Shown here: one piece after another, positions 9,397-18,845 of the stretch | Position numbering within the stretch: position 1 is the stretch's first letter | Layout of the letters: each line of letters starts with the position of its first letter | Source: Candidatus Hodarchaeota archaeon | GTDB lineage: Archaea; Asgardarchaeota; Heimdallarchaeia; Hodarchaeales; Hodarchaeaceae | Assembly (NCBI GenBank): GCA_016839785.1 | Contig: JAEOTQ010000060.1 | Location: forward strand, 1 to 35,709 | Direction: 5' to 3' | Length of the DNA: 35,709 nt | Notes under the pieces: generated by a model | The model's database searches: none | What the model was told of the DNA's origin: nothing | Seen by the model: the letters and a program-made list of their open reading frames with translations, nothing else | Made by a program: the position numbers and the translations under genes

Positions 9397-10512
9397 ATGA
9401 AAATTGAGACATTTGAATTAGAAAGAAGGCAATCTGTTTGGGAGAACCGTGTGGAATATAACTTAACAGAAAGTGGTGTTCATCCTTATAAATTAACAGA
9501 ACTTCTTAAACAAGAGGAAATAGATAAGCTCCTCTCATTGAGAATAGGTTACGGACAAACAAATGGATCAGATGAATTACGGGAAACAATCAGTCTCATT
9601 TATCCCAAGGCAGACCTTGATAATGTACTTGTTACCAATGGCTCATCTGAAGCCAACTTTGTTACAGTATGGAGTCTGTTAGAACCAGGCGATGAACTGA
9701 TCTTAATGCTTCCAAATTATATGCAAATCTGGGGAATTGCACGATCATTTGGCATAAAAGTAAGGCCTTTTCATTTAAAGGAAAATTTGGATTGGCAACC
9801 AGATATGGAAGAAATACGTTCATTAATATCTCCTAAAACTAAAATGATTGTTGTCTGTAATCCTAATAATCCAACTGGAGCGGTTCTAAGTGAAAATACT
9901 ATGAACCAGTTAGTTTCATTGGCTAAAGAATCCGATACCTGGCTATATGCAGACGAAGTATATCGAGGTGCGGAATTAGAAGGTGATGAAACACCCACTT
10001 TTTGGGGACGATATGATAAAACTATTATCGCATGTGGACTTTCTAAAGCGTATGCTCTTCCTGGGTTAAGAATTGGTTGGTTAGTTGGCTCTAAATCGTT
10101 TATTGAGAAAGCATGGTCATATCATGATTATACATCAATATCAACTGGATATTTGAGTAATTGGATAGCTAACAAAGCTCTACAACCTGAGATGCGATTA
10201 AAAATTTTAACACGGAATAGAGAGATGTTAAGGGAGAACTTAGGTATATTAATGGATTGGGTAAAGAAACAAGGAGACAAATTTACCTATATTCCTCCGA
10301 AAGCGGGAGGAATGGTGTTTTTACGTTACAATTTTCCTCTTAACTCTACAAAGCTTACCACAAAACTCCGTGAAGAAAAAAGCTGCTTTATTGTTGCGGG
10401 GGATTGTTTTGGAATGGATGGCTATATACGAATTGGAATCGGTTCTGAAAAGAATTATTTTCTTGCGGGTCTTGATTTACTAAGTGAAATGCTAGACGAG
10501 CTCTCCTTCTAA
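9397..10512 (+). CDS. Class I/II PLP-dependent aminotransferase
   Basis: CNPNNPTG, ADEVYR and LSKAYALPGLRIGW motifs. AGGAG Shine-Dalgarno-like sequence upstream. Confidence 0.92.
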   Translation: MKIETFELERRQSVWENRVEYNLTESGVHPYKLTELLKQEEIDKLLSLRIGYGQTNGSDELRETISLIYPKADLDNVLVTNGSSEANFVTVWSLLEPGDELILMLPNYMQIWGIARSFGIKVRPFHLKENLDWQPDMEEIRSLISPKTKMIVVCNPNNPTGAVLSENTMNQLVSLAKESDTWLYADEVYRGAELEGDETPTFWGRYDKTIIACGLSKAYALPGLRIGWLVGSKSFIEKAWSYHDYTSISTGYLSNWIANKALQPEMRLKILTRNREMLRENLGILMDWVKKQGDKFTYIPPKAGGMVFLRYNFPLNSTKLTTKLREEKSCFIVAGDCFGMDGYIRIGIGSEKNYFLAGLDLLSEMLDELSF

Positions 10513-10548
10513 TGAAGAATTAGGAAGACAGGATTAAATGGTGAAAAC

Positions 10549-11640
10549 TTAACCCTCACCTAGAATATCTCTGGAAATTTTAGTTAAGGAGACACATCCC
10601 GTCATTAGCATGGCTTTTGCAAGAGTTTTCTGTAGAAAATCCATTTGGAGAAAAACACCTTCACTTCCTCCACCTACAGCGGCTCTAACAATATCTCGAC
10701 CTATTAAGACTGCATCAGCACCAAGAGCAAGCATTTTTAATACATCATAACCTGTTCTAACCCCTCCATCAACGACTATCATCACCCCCATACCTTCAAG
10801 AGCATCTACAATCTCTGGTAATACGTCAGCAGTTCCAGGTGTATGATCCAGCACACGCCCTCCGTGATTTGAGACAACAATAGCTTTAGCTCCAGCATCA
10901 ACGGCATCAACAGCATCTTCAACACACATTACCCCCTTAATAATAACTGGTAATGATGTTGAATTCACAAGATCAGTGATTTCATCTGGAGTTTTCCTGA
11001 ATACTGGTTTATTATTTGTACGCATCGCATAGCTTCCCGCTCCATCTGTATCAACTCCAACTGCTGTTGCACCACTTTGTTCTGCCTTCTTAAAGAATTT
11101 TTTTATAACCGCTTGATCTCGGGGTTTAACAATCTTCACCCCGCCAGCTTTTCCTTCTGCAATGGCATCAAGGCCATATGAATCTTGCAAAGAATAAGTA
11201 TATGTATCTCCACGCCATCCAATTGTTCCTGCATCTCGACAACCGTTGATTACTGCACGACAAAACTCCCTTTCGGTGATAACAGAGTCCCCCCCGAACG
11301 AGTTTACGCCAGAGACCGAAGCAGACATTATCGGCATAGATATATCCTTCCCAAAGAAATTAAATCGTGTATCTGGTTCTGAAAGGGCAATGTGGTCACT
11401 ATCTATGAGCTTCATTTTGAGGGTGAGTTTACGTAGTGCCAACCAATTATTATGGAAAGACGCCCCACTTCCAATTCCACCAAACCCTAAACGTCGCCCA
11501 TAATGCTGGCCTTGGCAAAATCGCGTTGGTCCACCATCACAATCCTTATACACCATACAAAATTGAGCTGCTTTTAGTTTTTCTCGTGCTTTATTACGAA
11601 CATCTTCCAATGTCATTTGTTTTGTCATTATCTTCATCAC
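10549..11640 (-). CDS. FMN-dependent alpha-hydroxy acid oxidase/dehydrogenase family protein
   Basis: PVIIKGV, VSNHGGRVLD, DGGVRTGYDVLKMLALGA and GR motifs. Confidence 0.92.
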   Translation of the reverse strand: MMKIMTKQMTLEDVRNKAREKLKAAQFCMVYKDCDGGPTRFCQGQHYGRRLGFGGIGSGASFHNNWLALRKLTLKMKLIDSDHIALSEPDTRFNFFGKDISMPIMSASVSGVNSFGGDSVITEREFCRAVINGCRDAGTIGWRGDTYTYSLQDSYGLDAIAEGKAGGVKIVKPRDQAVIKKFFKKAEQSGATAVGVDTDGAGSYAMRTNNKPVFRKTPDEITDLVNSTSLPVIIKGVMCVEDAVDAVDAGAKAIVVSNHGGRVLDHTPGTADVLPEIVDALEGMGVMIVVDGGVRTGYDVLKMLALGADAVLIGRDIVRAAVGGGSEGVFLQMDFLQKTLAKAMLMTGCVSLTKISRDILGEG

Positions 11641-11669
11641 GGAGTTATGTTATGTTTAATTGTGTCCTA

Positions 11670-12600
11670 TTAGCGATATGAATCGATCAATGCTGTTAAT
11701 TTTTCAATAGATACGTCACGTTGCCACAATGGACGGGTATCATTTTTGTAAATTTGGATGTTATCTTCGTAAGTAGGTCGTTCATTGATATAAAATATTC
11801 CAAGGGGTAATTTTTGTCGTTCTAACGCTCTTCCGACCGCTTCTTTTTGATCGAAAGGTGAATAATCATCTTCGAGATAGTAAGTATTCTCCCGATACCA
11901 TTTGTATGTGTTTATTCTGTTGAAACTTACACATGGACTGAATAAATCAATAAAAGCATAACCTTTATGGGCTATTGCTTTCTTTAGTATATTTTTAGTT
12001 TCTTCTGCATGCCCCACAAATCCTCTAGCCACAAACGAAGCATTTTGTGCAATTGCAACTGCGATGGGATTGAAAGGAGTATTATAGACTCCAAGGGTTT
12101 GCACCCCAGTTTTGACACCGATTTCACTGGTTGGTGAGGCTTGTCCTTTAGTTAATCCGTAAACTCCATTATCATGAACAATATTGACTATGGATGGATT
12201 ATACCTAATTGTATGGAGAAAATGGTTACCTCCCTCACTGAAAGTACATCCGTCTCCCGAAATAGCAAATACAGATAATTCTGGATTTGATGCTTTGATT
12301 GCTAAAGCATTTGAGAGATAACGACCGTGTAATCCATTGATCATATTCCCTTCAATGAAATGACTAAATTTTCCTGCTTGGCCAATTCCGGTGACTATAA
12401 CAGCAATATTGCACCAAATATTGCTGTTATAGTCACCGGAATTTTCCTGCTTGGCCAATTCCGGTGACTATAACAGCAATATTTGGTGCAATATTTAGGT
12501 TAGCTAGCGTTTCCTTTAGGATTTTTAAGGCAGGATAGTTACCACACCCTGGGCACCAGTGTACTTCTACGTCTTTATCATATTCTGAAGCATTTACCAT
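11670..12600 (-). pseudogene. korB: 2-oxoacid:ferredoxin oxidoreductase beta subunit, frameshifted by a 73-bp insertion (possibly an assembly artefact)
   Basis: The true N-terminus MVNASEYDKDVEVHWCPGCGNY starts at 12600 and runs into a TGA within the inserted segment. The rest (GIGQAGK, LHGR, GDG...DNGVYGLTKGQ) is in ORF 11670-12458. Removing 73 bp gives an intact 285-aa ORF. Confidence 0.88.
12367..12495. repeat. Duplication-inversion-duplication (inverted triplication)
   Basis: Exact 44-bp direct repeat at 12367-12410 and 12440-12483. 12405-12443 is the exact reverse complement of 12457-12495. Confidence 0.95.
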
Positions 12601-12602
12601 AA

Positions 12603-14330
12603 TTATAACTCCTTTTCTAACTTACTCACCAATTCTTCGATTGAAAAAGGATAACCTGTATATTTGAGGATTTTACTGGTCATTTTGACCCCAAATTCGA
12701 GATATAATTGCTGTGCAAATTGTCCCGTTGCATTATTTTCAATCATAATGATCTTTTTTGCATTTTCCAAGTAATTGAACGTAGATTCATGAATCGGATA
12801 AACCTGGGAGAAATGCAGATATACCATAGAATAGCCTTTTTTGCCTAATTCGGTAACAGCATCCTTTACATTGTGAAAAGTACTTCCCCAACTGATTACC
12901 ACAATTTTACTATTGCCATCACCTAGGATACTTGGTTTGATTGCTATTTTCTTTAATAGTTCTAATTTTTTAAATCCTTTATCAACCATCTTTCTTCTTA
13001 CAATAGGATCCTCAGTAATTTGTGAATCTTGTGTATGAGTATGGCTATCAACTCGAATAAATCCTGTTCCTCGCCCAGGAATACCCCTCGGAGATATTCC
13101 ATCTTCAGAAAACTCGTACCTTTTGTAACCTGATTTGGTTTCAATAATATGTTTCTCGACTTTTGTATCTTTATGATCCAATGATGGGATGTTGTAACTA
13201 GTATTAATGAAATAATGATCTGTTAGTATGATAACGGGTACCTGATATTCAGCGGCAATGTTGAATGCATGTTGTGTAACAGAAAAAGCTTCTTTCAAGG
13301 TGCCTGGAGCGTAAATAACTCTAGGAAAATCACCATGCCCTGAATAGAGTACAAGTTCTAAATCACCCTGTTCTGTTCGTGTTGGCATTCCAGTTGCAGG
13401 TCCAGGACGCTGTCCAAGATGTATTACCAAAGGCATCTCTGTCACTCCCGCAAGAGATAAACCCTCGGTCATTAAAGCAAAACCACCACCTGAAGTGGTT
13501 ACTAATGCTCTTGCCCCTGCATACCATGCTCCAAAAGCCTTGTTTACTGCACTGATTTCATCTTCCGTTTGATCAGAAACAATTCCAAATTCTAAGCGAT
13601 TTCGTGCTAGGAAGGCACCAACACCTGTACTTGGGGCCATTGGATAGAATAATACATAATTACAACCACCTGCAATTGCACCTAATGCTACCGCATCCCG
13701 ACCTGATAGGAACAATTCTGAACCTACAGAAGGTTGATTAGTGAGACTAGGTATAGGTGGTAACTTATTACTTGCCATTATTTCATCTGCAAGATCACAA
13801 CCTCGTTTTACTGCCTCAATATTATTATTAACAATCTTCTCTCCCTTCGATTGAAACTTGTTAGCCATTAACTCTACAATCAGTGCACGATCTGTTCGCA
13901 ATATTCCAGCGAGAACACCAACAGCAACACTGTTGGAGTATACGCGATGTCCAATTTCTTCAGCGATTGCTTCGTAGTTAACGTCTACCATAATACAGGA
14001 TTGAGCATCAGGATTTTTCTCAAACAGCTGTTTATCTCCGAGAATACAACTAGTAGGTGATAATCGATTTTTAACATGAGATACAGCCTCTTTAGTAAAG
14101 GGTACAAGAATATCAATTTTTTCACAATACGATTGGACTCTATTTGCAGATACACGGATAGTTGTGGAATTAGTGCCTCCTCGAACTCGAGACATGAATT
14201 CTTGTGTCGAGAAAACGTGCAAACCAGATTTTTTTAACGCGGTGGTAAGGAGTGTTTCAACTGTTGCAATACCTTGTCCCGCAGCACCGCACAGAACAAT
14301 TGAAATTGAATCATTGAATTCAATCGTCAT
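12603..14330 (-). CDS. korA: 2-oxoacid:ferredoxin oxidoreductase alpha subunit (gamma-alpha fusion type)
   Basis: GAAGQGI, SRVRGG, YPMAPST, EDEISA, TTSGGGFALM and QRPGPATGMPT motifs. Confidence 0.93.
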   Translation of the reverse strand: MTIEFNDSISIVLCGAAGQGIATVETLLTTALKKSGLHVFSTQEFMSRVRGGTNSTTIRVSANRVQSYCEKIDILVPFTKEAVSHVKNRLSPTSCILGDKQLFEKNPDAQSCIMVDVNYEAIAEEIGHRVYSNSVAVGVLAGILRTDRALIVELMANKFQSKGEKIVNNNIEAVKRGCDLADEIMASNKLPPIPSLTNQPSVGSELFLSGRDAVALGAIAGGCNYVLFYPMAPSTGVGAFLARNRLEFGIVSDQTEDEISAVNKAFGAWYAGARALVTTSGGGFALMTEGLSLAGVTEMPLVIHLGQRPGPATGMPTRTEQGDLELVLYSGHGDFPRVIYAPGTLKEAFSVTQHAFNIAAEYQVPVIILTDHYFINTSYNIPSLDHKDTKVEKHIIETKSGYKRYEFSEDGISPRGIPGRGTGFIRVDSHTHTQDSQITEDPIVRRKMVDKGFKKLELLKKIAIKPSILGDGNSKIVVISWGSTFHNVKDAVTELGKKGYSMVYLHFSQVYPIHESTFNYLENAKKIIMIENNATGQFAQQLYLEFGVKMTSKILKYTGYPFSIEELVSKLEKEL

Positions 14331-14477
14331 TTTCTATTACTCACATCCTCAGAAGTCCACTTCCAGTCGAAAAAAAAATGACTGGTTGGAGGTAAGGCTA
14401 GTAATAGTCAACTTGCGACTATTTTATTTGTCTAACTACATTGTTCGAGAAAAAACAAAGCAAAAAGGAAATGAATT

Positions 14478-15845
14478 TCAACGAATGTAAACTGTCTTGA
14501 CATTGGTAAATTCTCGTATTCCATAGTAGGATAATTCTCTTCCGTAACCTGACTCTTTTATGCCCCCAAAAGGCAATCGTGGATCGGAACGTACATATGC
14601 ATTAACAAAACAAGCACCTGCCTCTAATTCTTCAGTAGCAATTCGTTCCCCTTTTTTTGAATCACTAGTGAATACTGCAGCTCCTAATCCAAATACTGAA
14701 TCATTAGCTACCCGAATTGCTTCAACCTCATTCTTTACAGGGATAATTGCTGCAACAGGTCCGAATAGCTCCTCATCATATGCAGGCATTTCTTTCTTGA
14801 CATCACTTAAAACTGTTGGAGGATAAAATGCTCCTTTATTATCAGGAACCTCTGCACCCAATAAAAGACGTGCTCCTTTTGCAATACTATCTTGAACCTG
14901 CTTATGGAGCTCATCACGCAGATCATGTCGTGCTTGTGGACCTACAGATACATCTTCCCGTAATGGATCTCCCATCTTCCGGTTCTTCATATTATAAACG
15001 TATAATTCTTCAAACTTCTTCAGTTGTGATTCTACAACAATAAATCTTTTTGCTGCGATGCAACTTTGACCAGAATTGATCATCCGACTTGATACACACG
15101 TCAGAACGGTTTCTTCAATATTTGCATCTTCAAGAATAACATAGGGATCACTACCTCCTAACTCCAACAAAGTACGTTTTAACATCTTTCCTGCTTGTGC
15201 AGCAACAGCTCTTCCTGCATATCCACTACCAGTCAATGTAACTGCTTTAACAATTGGATTTTCAATAATCGCGTTAACTTCGCGGCTTCCCACTAGAAGG
15301 GTTCGGAAAATATTCTTCGGAAACCCTGCTTTATGGAATACTCCTTCTATAGCCAGAGCACTTCCTGGAACATTACTAGCATGTTTCAATACGCCCCCGT
15401 TTCCCGCCATTAATGTAGGGGCAACAAATCTAATAACTTGCCAGAAAGGAAAGTTCCAAGGCATAACAGCCAGAATTACTCCGAGAGGTTGATATGAGAT
15501 GTAACTTTTTGAGGCATCAGTTTCGATTATTTCTGGTTTTAATTGGTTTTCTGCCTCTTCTGCATAATATTCACAAACCCATGCACATTTTTCAACTTCT
15601 GCCCTTCCATCAACAATTGGTTTCCCCATTTCTTGGGCCATAAGCGTTGCATACTCATTCTTGTTTTTACGAAGAACTTCTGCCGCCTTGTGCATTAACT
15701 TCCTTCTATGCGCAAATGAAGTCTTTTTCCAGTCTAAATATTCTTTTTGAACATTTTCAAGGATTTCTTTTACTTCTCTTGAAGTCATTTCTGGATATTC
15801 ATTAATTACTTCATTAGTTAACGGATTAATTACTTTAAGTGTCAT
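14478..15845 (-). CDS. NAD(P)-dependent aldehyde dehydrogenase (succinate-semialdehyde dehydrogenase Sad-like)
   Basis: VMPWNFPFWQ, LKHAS, TLTGS, LELGGSD, GQSCIAAKR and EELFGP motifs. Confidence 0.93.
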   Translation of the reverse strand: MTLKVINPLTNEVINEYPEMTSREVKEILENVQKEYLDWKKTSFAHRRKLMHKAAEVLRKNKNEYATLMAQEMGKPIVDGRAEVEKCAWVCEYYAEEAENQLKPEIIETDASKSYISYQPLGVILAVMPWNFPFWQVIRFVAPTLMAGNGGVLKHASNVPGSALAIEGVFHKAGFPKNIFRTLLVGSREVNAIIENPIVKAVTLTGSGYAGRAVAAQAGKMLKRTLLELGGSDPYVILEDANIEETVLTCVSSRMINSGQSCIAAKRFIVVESQLKKFEELYVYNMKNRKMGDPLREDVSVGPQARHDLRDELHKQVQDSIAKGARLLLGAEVPDNKGAFYPPTVLSDVKKEMPAYDEELFGPVAAIIPVKNEVEAIRVANDSVFGLGAAVFTSDSKKGERIATEELEAGACFVNAYVRSDPRLPFGGIKESGYGRELSYYGIREFTNVKTVYIR

Positions 15846-15875
15846 TTTTATTCCTTTCCTATCGCTCTTTTAGTC

Positions 15876-17522
15876 CTATGATTCCAGAAGACAAATTTTC
15901 TCTCCCAGTTCCTGAATTAATACCCTTTCATTTTCCGAATAGTCTACTGGAACATCTATCAGATGTACTCCAGGGGTATTAAGCTTCTGCTTTAATACTG
16001 ACTGTAAATCATCTTCAGGCTTAATTTTGTAGCCAGATGCACCATAACTTTCTGCATATTTACAGAAGTCTGGATTAAGAAAGTCCAATCCATAATTTGT
16101 GAATCCTGCTGCACTCTGTTTCCACTTAATCATACCATATGCACTATCGTTTAAAATCAGAACAACTAAATCTAATTTCAAACGAACCGCGGTTTCCAGC
16201 TCTTGGGAGTTCATCATAAATCCTCCATCTCCACAAATTGCTAGGATCTTTTTGTCTGGATTCACTAATTTTGCTCCTATTGCACTAGGTAACCCCGCAC
16301 CCATCGATGCTAGAGCGTTATCTAGTAAAACCGAGTTAGGAACATGTGCATTATAATTTCGAGCAAACCAAATTTTGTATACTCCATTATCTAAACAGAT
16401 TATGCCATCTGAAGGTATCGCTTCACGGACTTCATGAACAATTTTCTGTGGGAAGAGGGGAAAATGATCAAGATCTTTTCCTTCTGCGATATGCTTCTGA
16501 AGGTGGGTTTTAACTTCCAGGAAAAATTGAATGTCCCACTTTTGAGGGGTAATTTGTTCTTTAATCTGCCAAATACTGTTTGCAATGTCTCCTATTACTT
16601 CTAACTGAGGAAAATAAACTTCATCGACTGCTGCTGACAGAAAATTGACGTGAATCACTTGAATAGGATTTTTTTCGTCCATTAAGAAAGGAGGTTTTTC
16701 TACTACATCATGACCCACATTAAGTATTAGATCAGCCTGATCGATTGCACAGTGTATGTAATCCTGGGTGGAAAGAGCAGCTGTTCCAAGATAAAGGGAG
16801 TGTCGTTCATCAATAACACCTTTACCCATTTGTGTGTTAATAAAAGGAATTCCTGTTTTATCAACAAATTCCTTCAACATATTCTGGGTTCGTTTTCGAT
16901 TAGCACCAGCTCCAATTACGATCAGTGGCCGTTTAGCTTGTTCTAACATTTCAACAGCAGTTTGAATAGCTTTAACCTCTGCAGTCGGTCTACGAACTTT
17001 ATGTACTGGAAATATTCTACATGAGGTGTCTTCTTGAGCAATATCCTCTGGTAATTCAATATGAACTGCTCCTGGCCTCTCTTCCTCCGCAATTCGAAAA
17101 GCTTCCCTCACTATTGCAGGAATTGTATTCCCATTAACTATCTGTTTAGTATATTTTGTTAAAGGCTTCATCATATGGACTATGTCCACAATTTGGAATT
17201 GTCCTTGTTTACTCTGTTTAATTGGTTTCTGTCCTGTTATCATCAACATGGGCATTGCGCCTAATTGCGCATAAGCAGCTGCAGTAACAAAATTGGTAGC
17301 TCCGGGGCCTAATGTCGACAAACAAACCCCAGTTTTTCCAGTCAATCTTCCATAAGTTGCAGCCATAAATCCAGCTGCTTGTTCGTGTCGGGTTAAGATC
17401 AAAGAAATACTAGATGTACGGAGGGATTCCAAAAAATCAAGATTTTCTTCTCCTGGCACTCCGAAGATGTACTCCACCCCTTCGTTTTCCAATGCTTGTA
17501 CAAGCAGATCTGAAGCTTTCAA
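15876..17522 (-). CDS. TPP-dependent acetolactate synthase large-subunit-like enzyme
   Basis: FGVPGEEN, RHEQAA, TLGPGATN and GDGG...NDSAYG TPP motif. TTG 17522 (MKASDL) is the likely start; the ORF extends to 17534. Confidence 0.9.
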   Translation of the reverse strand: MKASDLLVQALENEGVEYIFGVPGEENLDFLESLRTSSISLILTRHEQAAGFMAATYGRLTGKTGVCLSTLGPGATNFVTAAAYAQLGAMPMLMITGQKPIKQSKQGQFQIVDIVHMMKPLTKYTKQIVNGNTIPAIVREAFRIAEEERPGAVHIELPEDIAQEDTSCRIFPVHKVRRPTAEVKAIQTAVEMLEQAKRPLIVIGAGANRKRTQNMLKEFVDKTGIPFINTQMGKGVIDERHSLYLGTAALSTQDYIHCAIDQADLILNVGHDVVEKPPFLMDEKNPIQVIHVNFLSAAVDEVYFPQLEVIGDIANSIWQIKEQITPQKWDIQFFLEVKTHLQKHIAEGKDLDHFPLFPQKIVHEVREAIPSDGIICLDNGVYKIWFARNYNAHVPNSVLLDNALASMGAGLPSAIGAKLVNPDKKILAICGDGGFMMNSQELETAVRLKLDLVVLILNDSAYGMIKWKQSAAGFTNYGLDFLNPDFCKYAESYGASGYKIKPEDDLQSVLKQKLNTPGVHLIDVPVDYSENERVLIQELGEKICLLES

Positions 17523-17915
17523 GATTATCCCCAAAATTCTATTTCGAGTATTCTGATTGTGATTCTTAGATCTAGTGAAATAATATTCGTAAAATCTCTT
17601 CGAGGATTGAAACGTGGGATTTCAATCTCTCTTGAGGTGTGATATGGTTAGCTTTATAATGAAATTAATTACACACTCACTTGGCTGGAAAAAAATGTTG
17701 AGTACTTTATCATATTCTCATGATCTCTTCTATCATTCACTCAACACTATGTGGCATTAAAATCTGAAAAGAGAAGTTTCCGAGCCAGCCAAAAAGAAAA
17801 TGCTCTTCATTGCGGAAATCCTGCTTTTTATTATCTAAAATCTCAATTCTAGTTCTCTAGAAATCAGCTAAACAATTTTTTAACTAAATCACCCTCATTC
17901 AAGCCATCGTAGGAG

Positions 17916-18356
17916 ATGGTGACTGTGCAAAACTCAGCAAATATAATAAAACAAAATGAAGAAGAACCGATAGCAATATTGATAATGGAGAAGAGTGGTC
18001 TCACCTTATTCTCCTATGAATTTAAAAAAGCAAATCTAATTGAAGATCAAATGATTAGCGGTTTTCTAACAGCCCTAAACGCTTTTGGGACCGCCATGTT
18101 TAGCGAATCTGGCATTATTGATCAGATTACCTTCAAGGAATACATCTTATTAATGCGAGAGGTTCACACGTATATATTTTGTTACATATTCAAAGGAACT
18201 ACATTCTCTTCTTCCCTTCGTCGATTAGAAAGTTTTATTTATAATGTAACTAATATTGATACGCTTTGGAACGAATTGAATCAAGCCACTGATTTGAAAG
18301 TCAAGGTATATGATTCTATGCTGATGCACGAACTAATTCACGAAATTTTTTCATAA
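17916..18356 (+). CDS. Longin/roadblock-like (profilin-fold) domain protein of Asgard type
   Basis: Pattern ILIMEKSGLTLFS - DQMISGFLTALNAF - three short strands - helices fits longin topology. AGGAG directly upstream. Confidence 0.65.
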   Translation: MVTVQNSANIIKQNEEEPIAILIMEKSGLTLFSYEFKKANLIEDQMISGFLTALNAFGTAMFSESGIIDQITFKEYILLMREVHTYIFCYIFKGTTFSSSLRRLESFIYNVTNIDTLWNELNQATDLKVKVYDSMLMHELIHEIFS

Positions 18357-18367
18357 CATAACAATTC

Positions 18368-18784
18368 TTACTTTAGAGCAGCAAGAACGGATTTTAGTTC
18401 AGAGGCATAATCAGGTTCTTCCCCTAATTCGCCCTTTTGGGCCATAAATACGATTTCATCATCTAGAAATCGAGGTATGACATGAAAATGAACGTGCATG
18501 ATTTCCTGCATAGCTGCTTTTTCATTTCCTTGATAAACGTTTACTCCATCGCATTTTAAAACTTTTTTAACCGCTTTTGTCACACGACTGACAGTTGCAC
18601 CTACAGCTTGTGCATCCTCGATTTCAATATCGTATAGAGTATCAGAATGAACTTTCGGGATTATCAATGTATGTCCCCGTGCGATTGGAGAGATATCTAA
18701 TATAGCAATTGTTTTTTCATCTTCATAGAGCTTTGTACTGGGCATCTCTCCAGCTATAATTTTACAAAACAAACAGGTTTCCAT
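18368..18784 (-). CDS. HIT family nucleotide hydrolase
   Basis: CLFCKI, GHTLIIPK and MHVHFHVIPR motifs. ATG 18784 is preceded by GAGGT. Confidence 0.95.
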   Translation of the reverse strand: METCLFCKIIAGEMPSTKLYEDEKTIAILDISPIARGHTLIIPKVHSDTLYDIEIEDAQAVGATVSRVTKAVKKVLKCDGVNVYQGNEKAAMQEIMHVHFHVIPRFLDDEIVFMAQKGELGEEPDYASELKSVLAALK

Positions 18785-18845
18785 TTTACCTACCTCTTCA
18801 AATGAAGAACAATCCATAAAGTTATGAATAATAATTTTTGGATAA

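Noticed and set aside
12367-12600. Programmed frameshift or intron in korB; ORF-track start at 12458
   Set aside because: The extra 73 bp is fully explained by exact local copies, and the ORF-track N-terminus derives from the inverted segment.
14331-14477. TPP riboswitch upstream of korA
   Set aside because: The conserved CUGAGA and downstream TPP aptamer core are not present.
17589-17643. CRISPR array
   Set aside because: Only two dissimilar units in opposite orientation, with no spacer and no cas genes.
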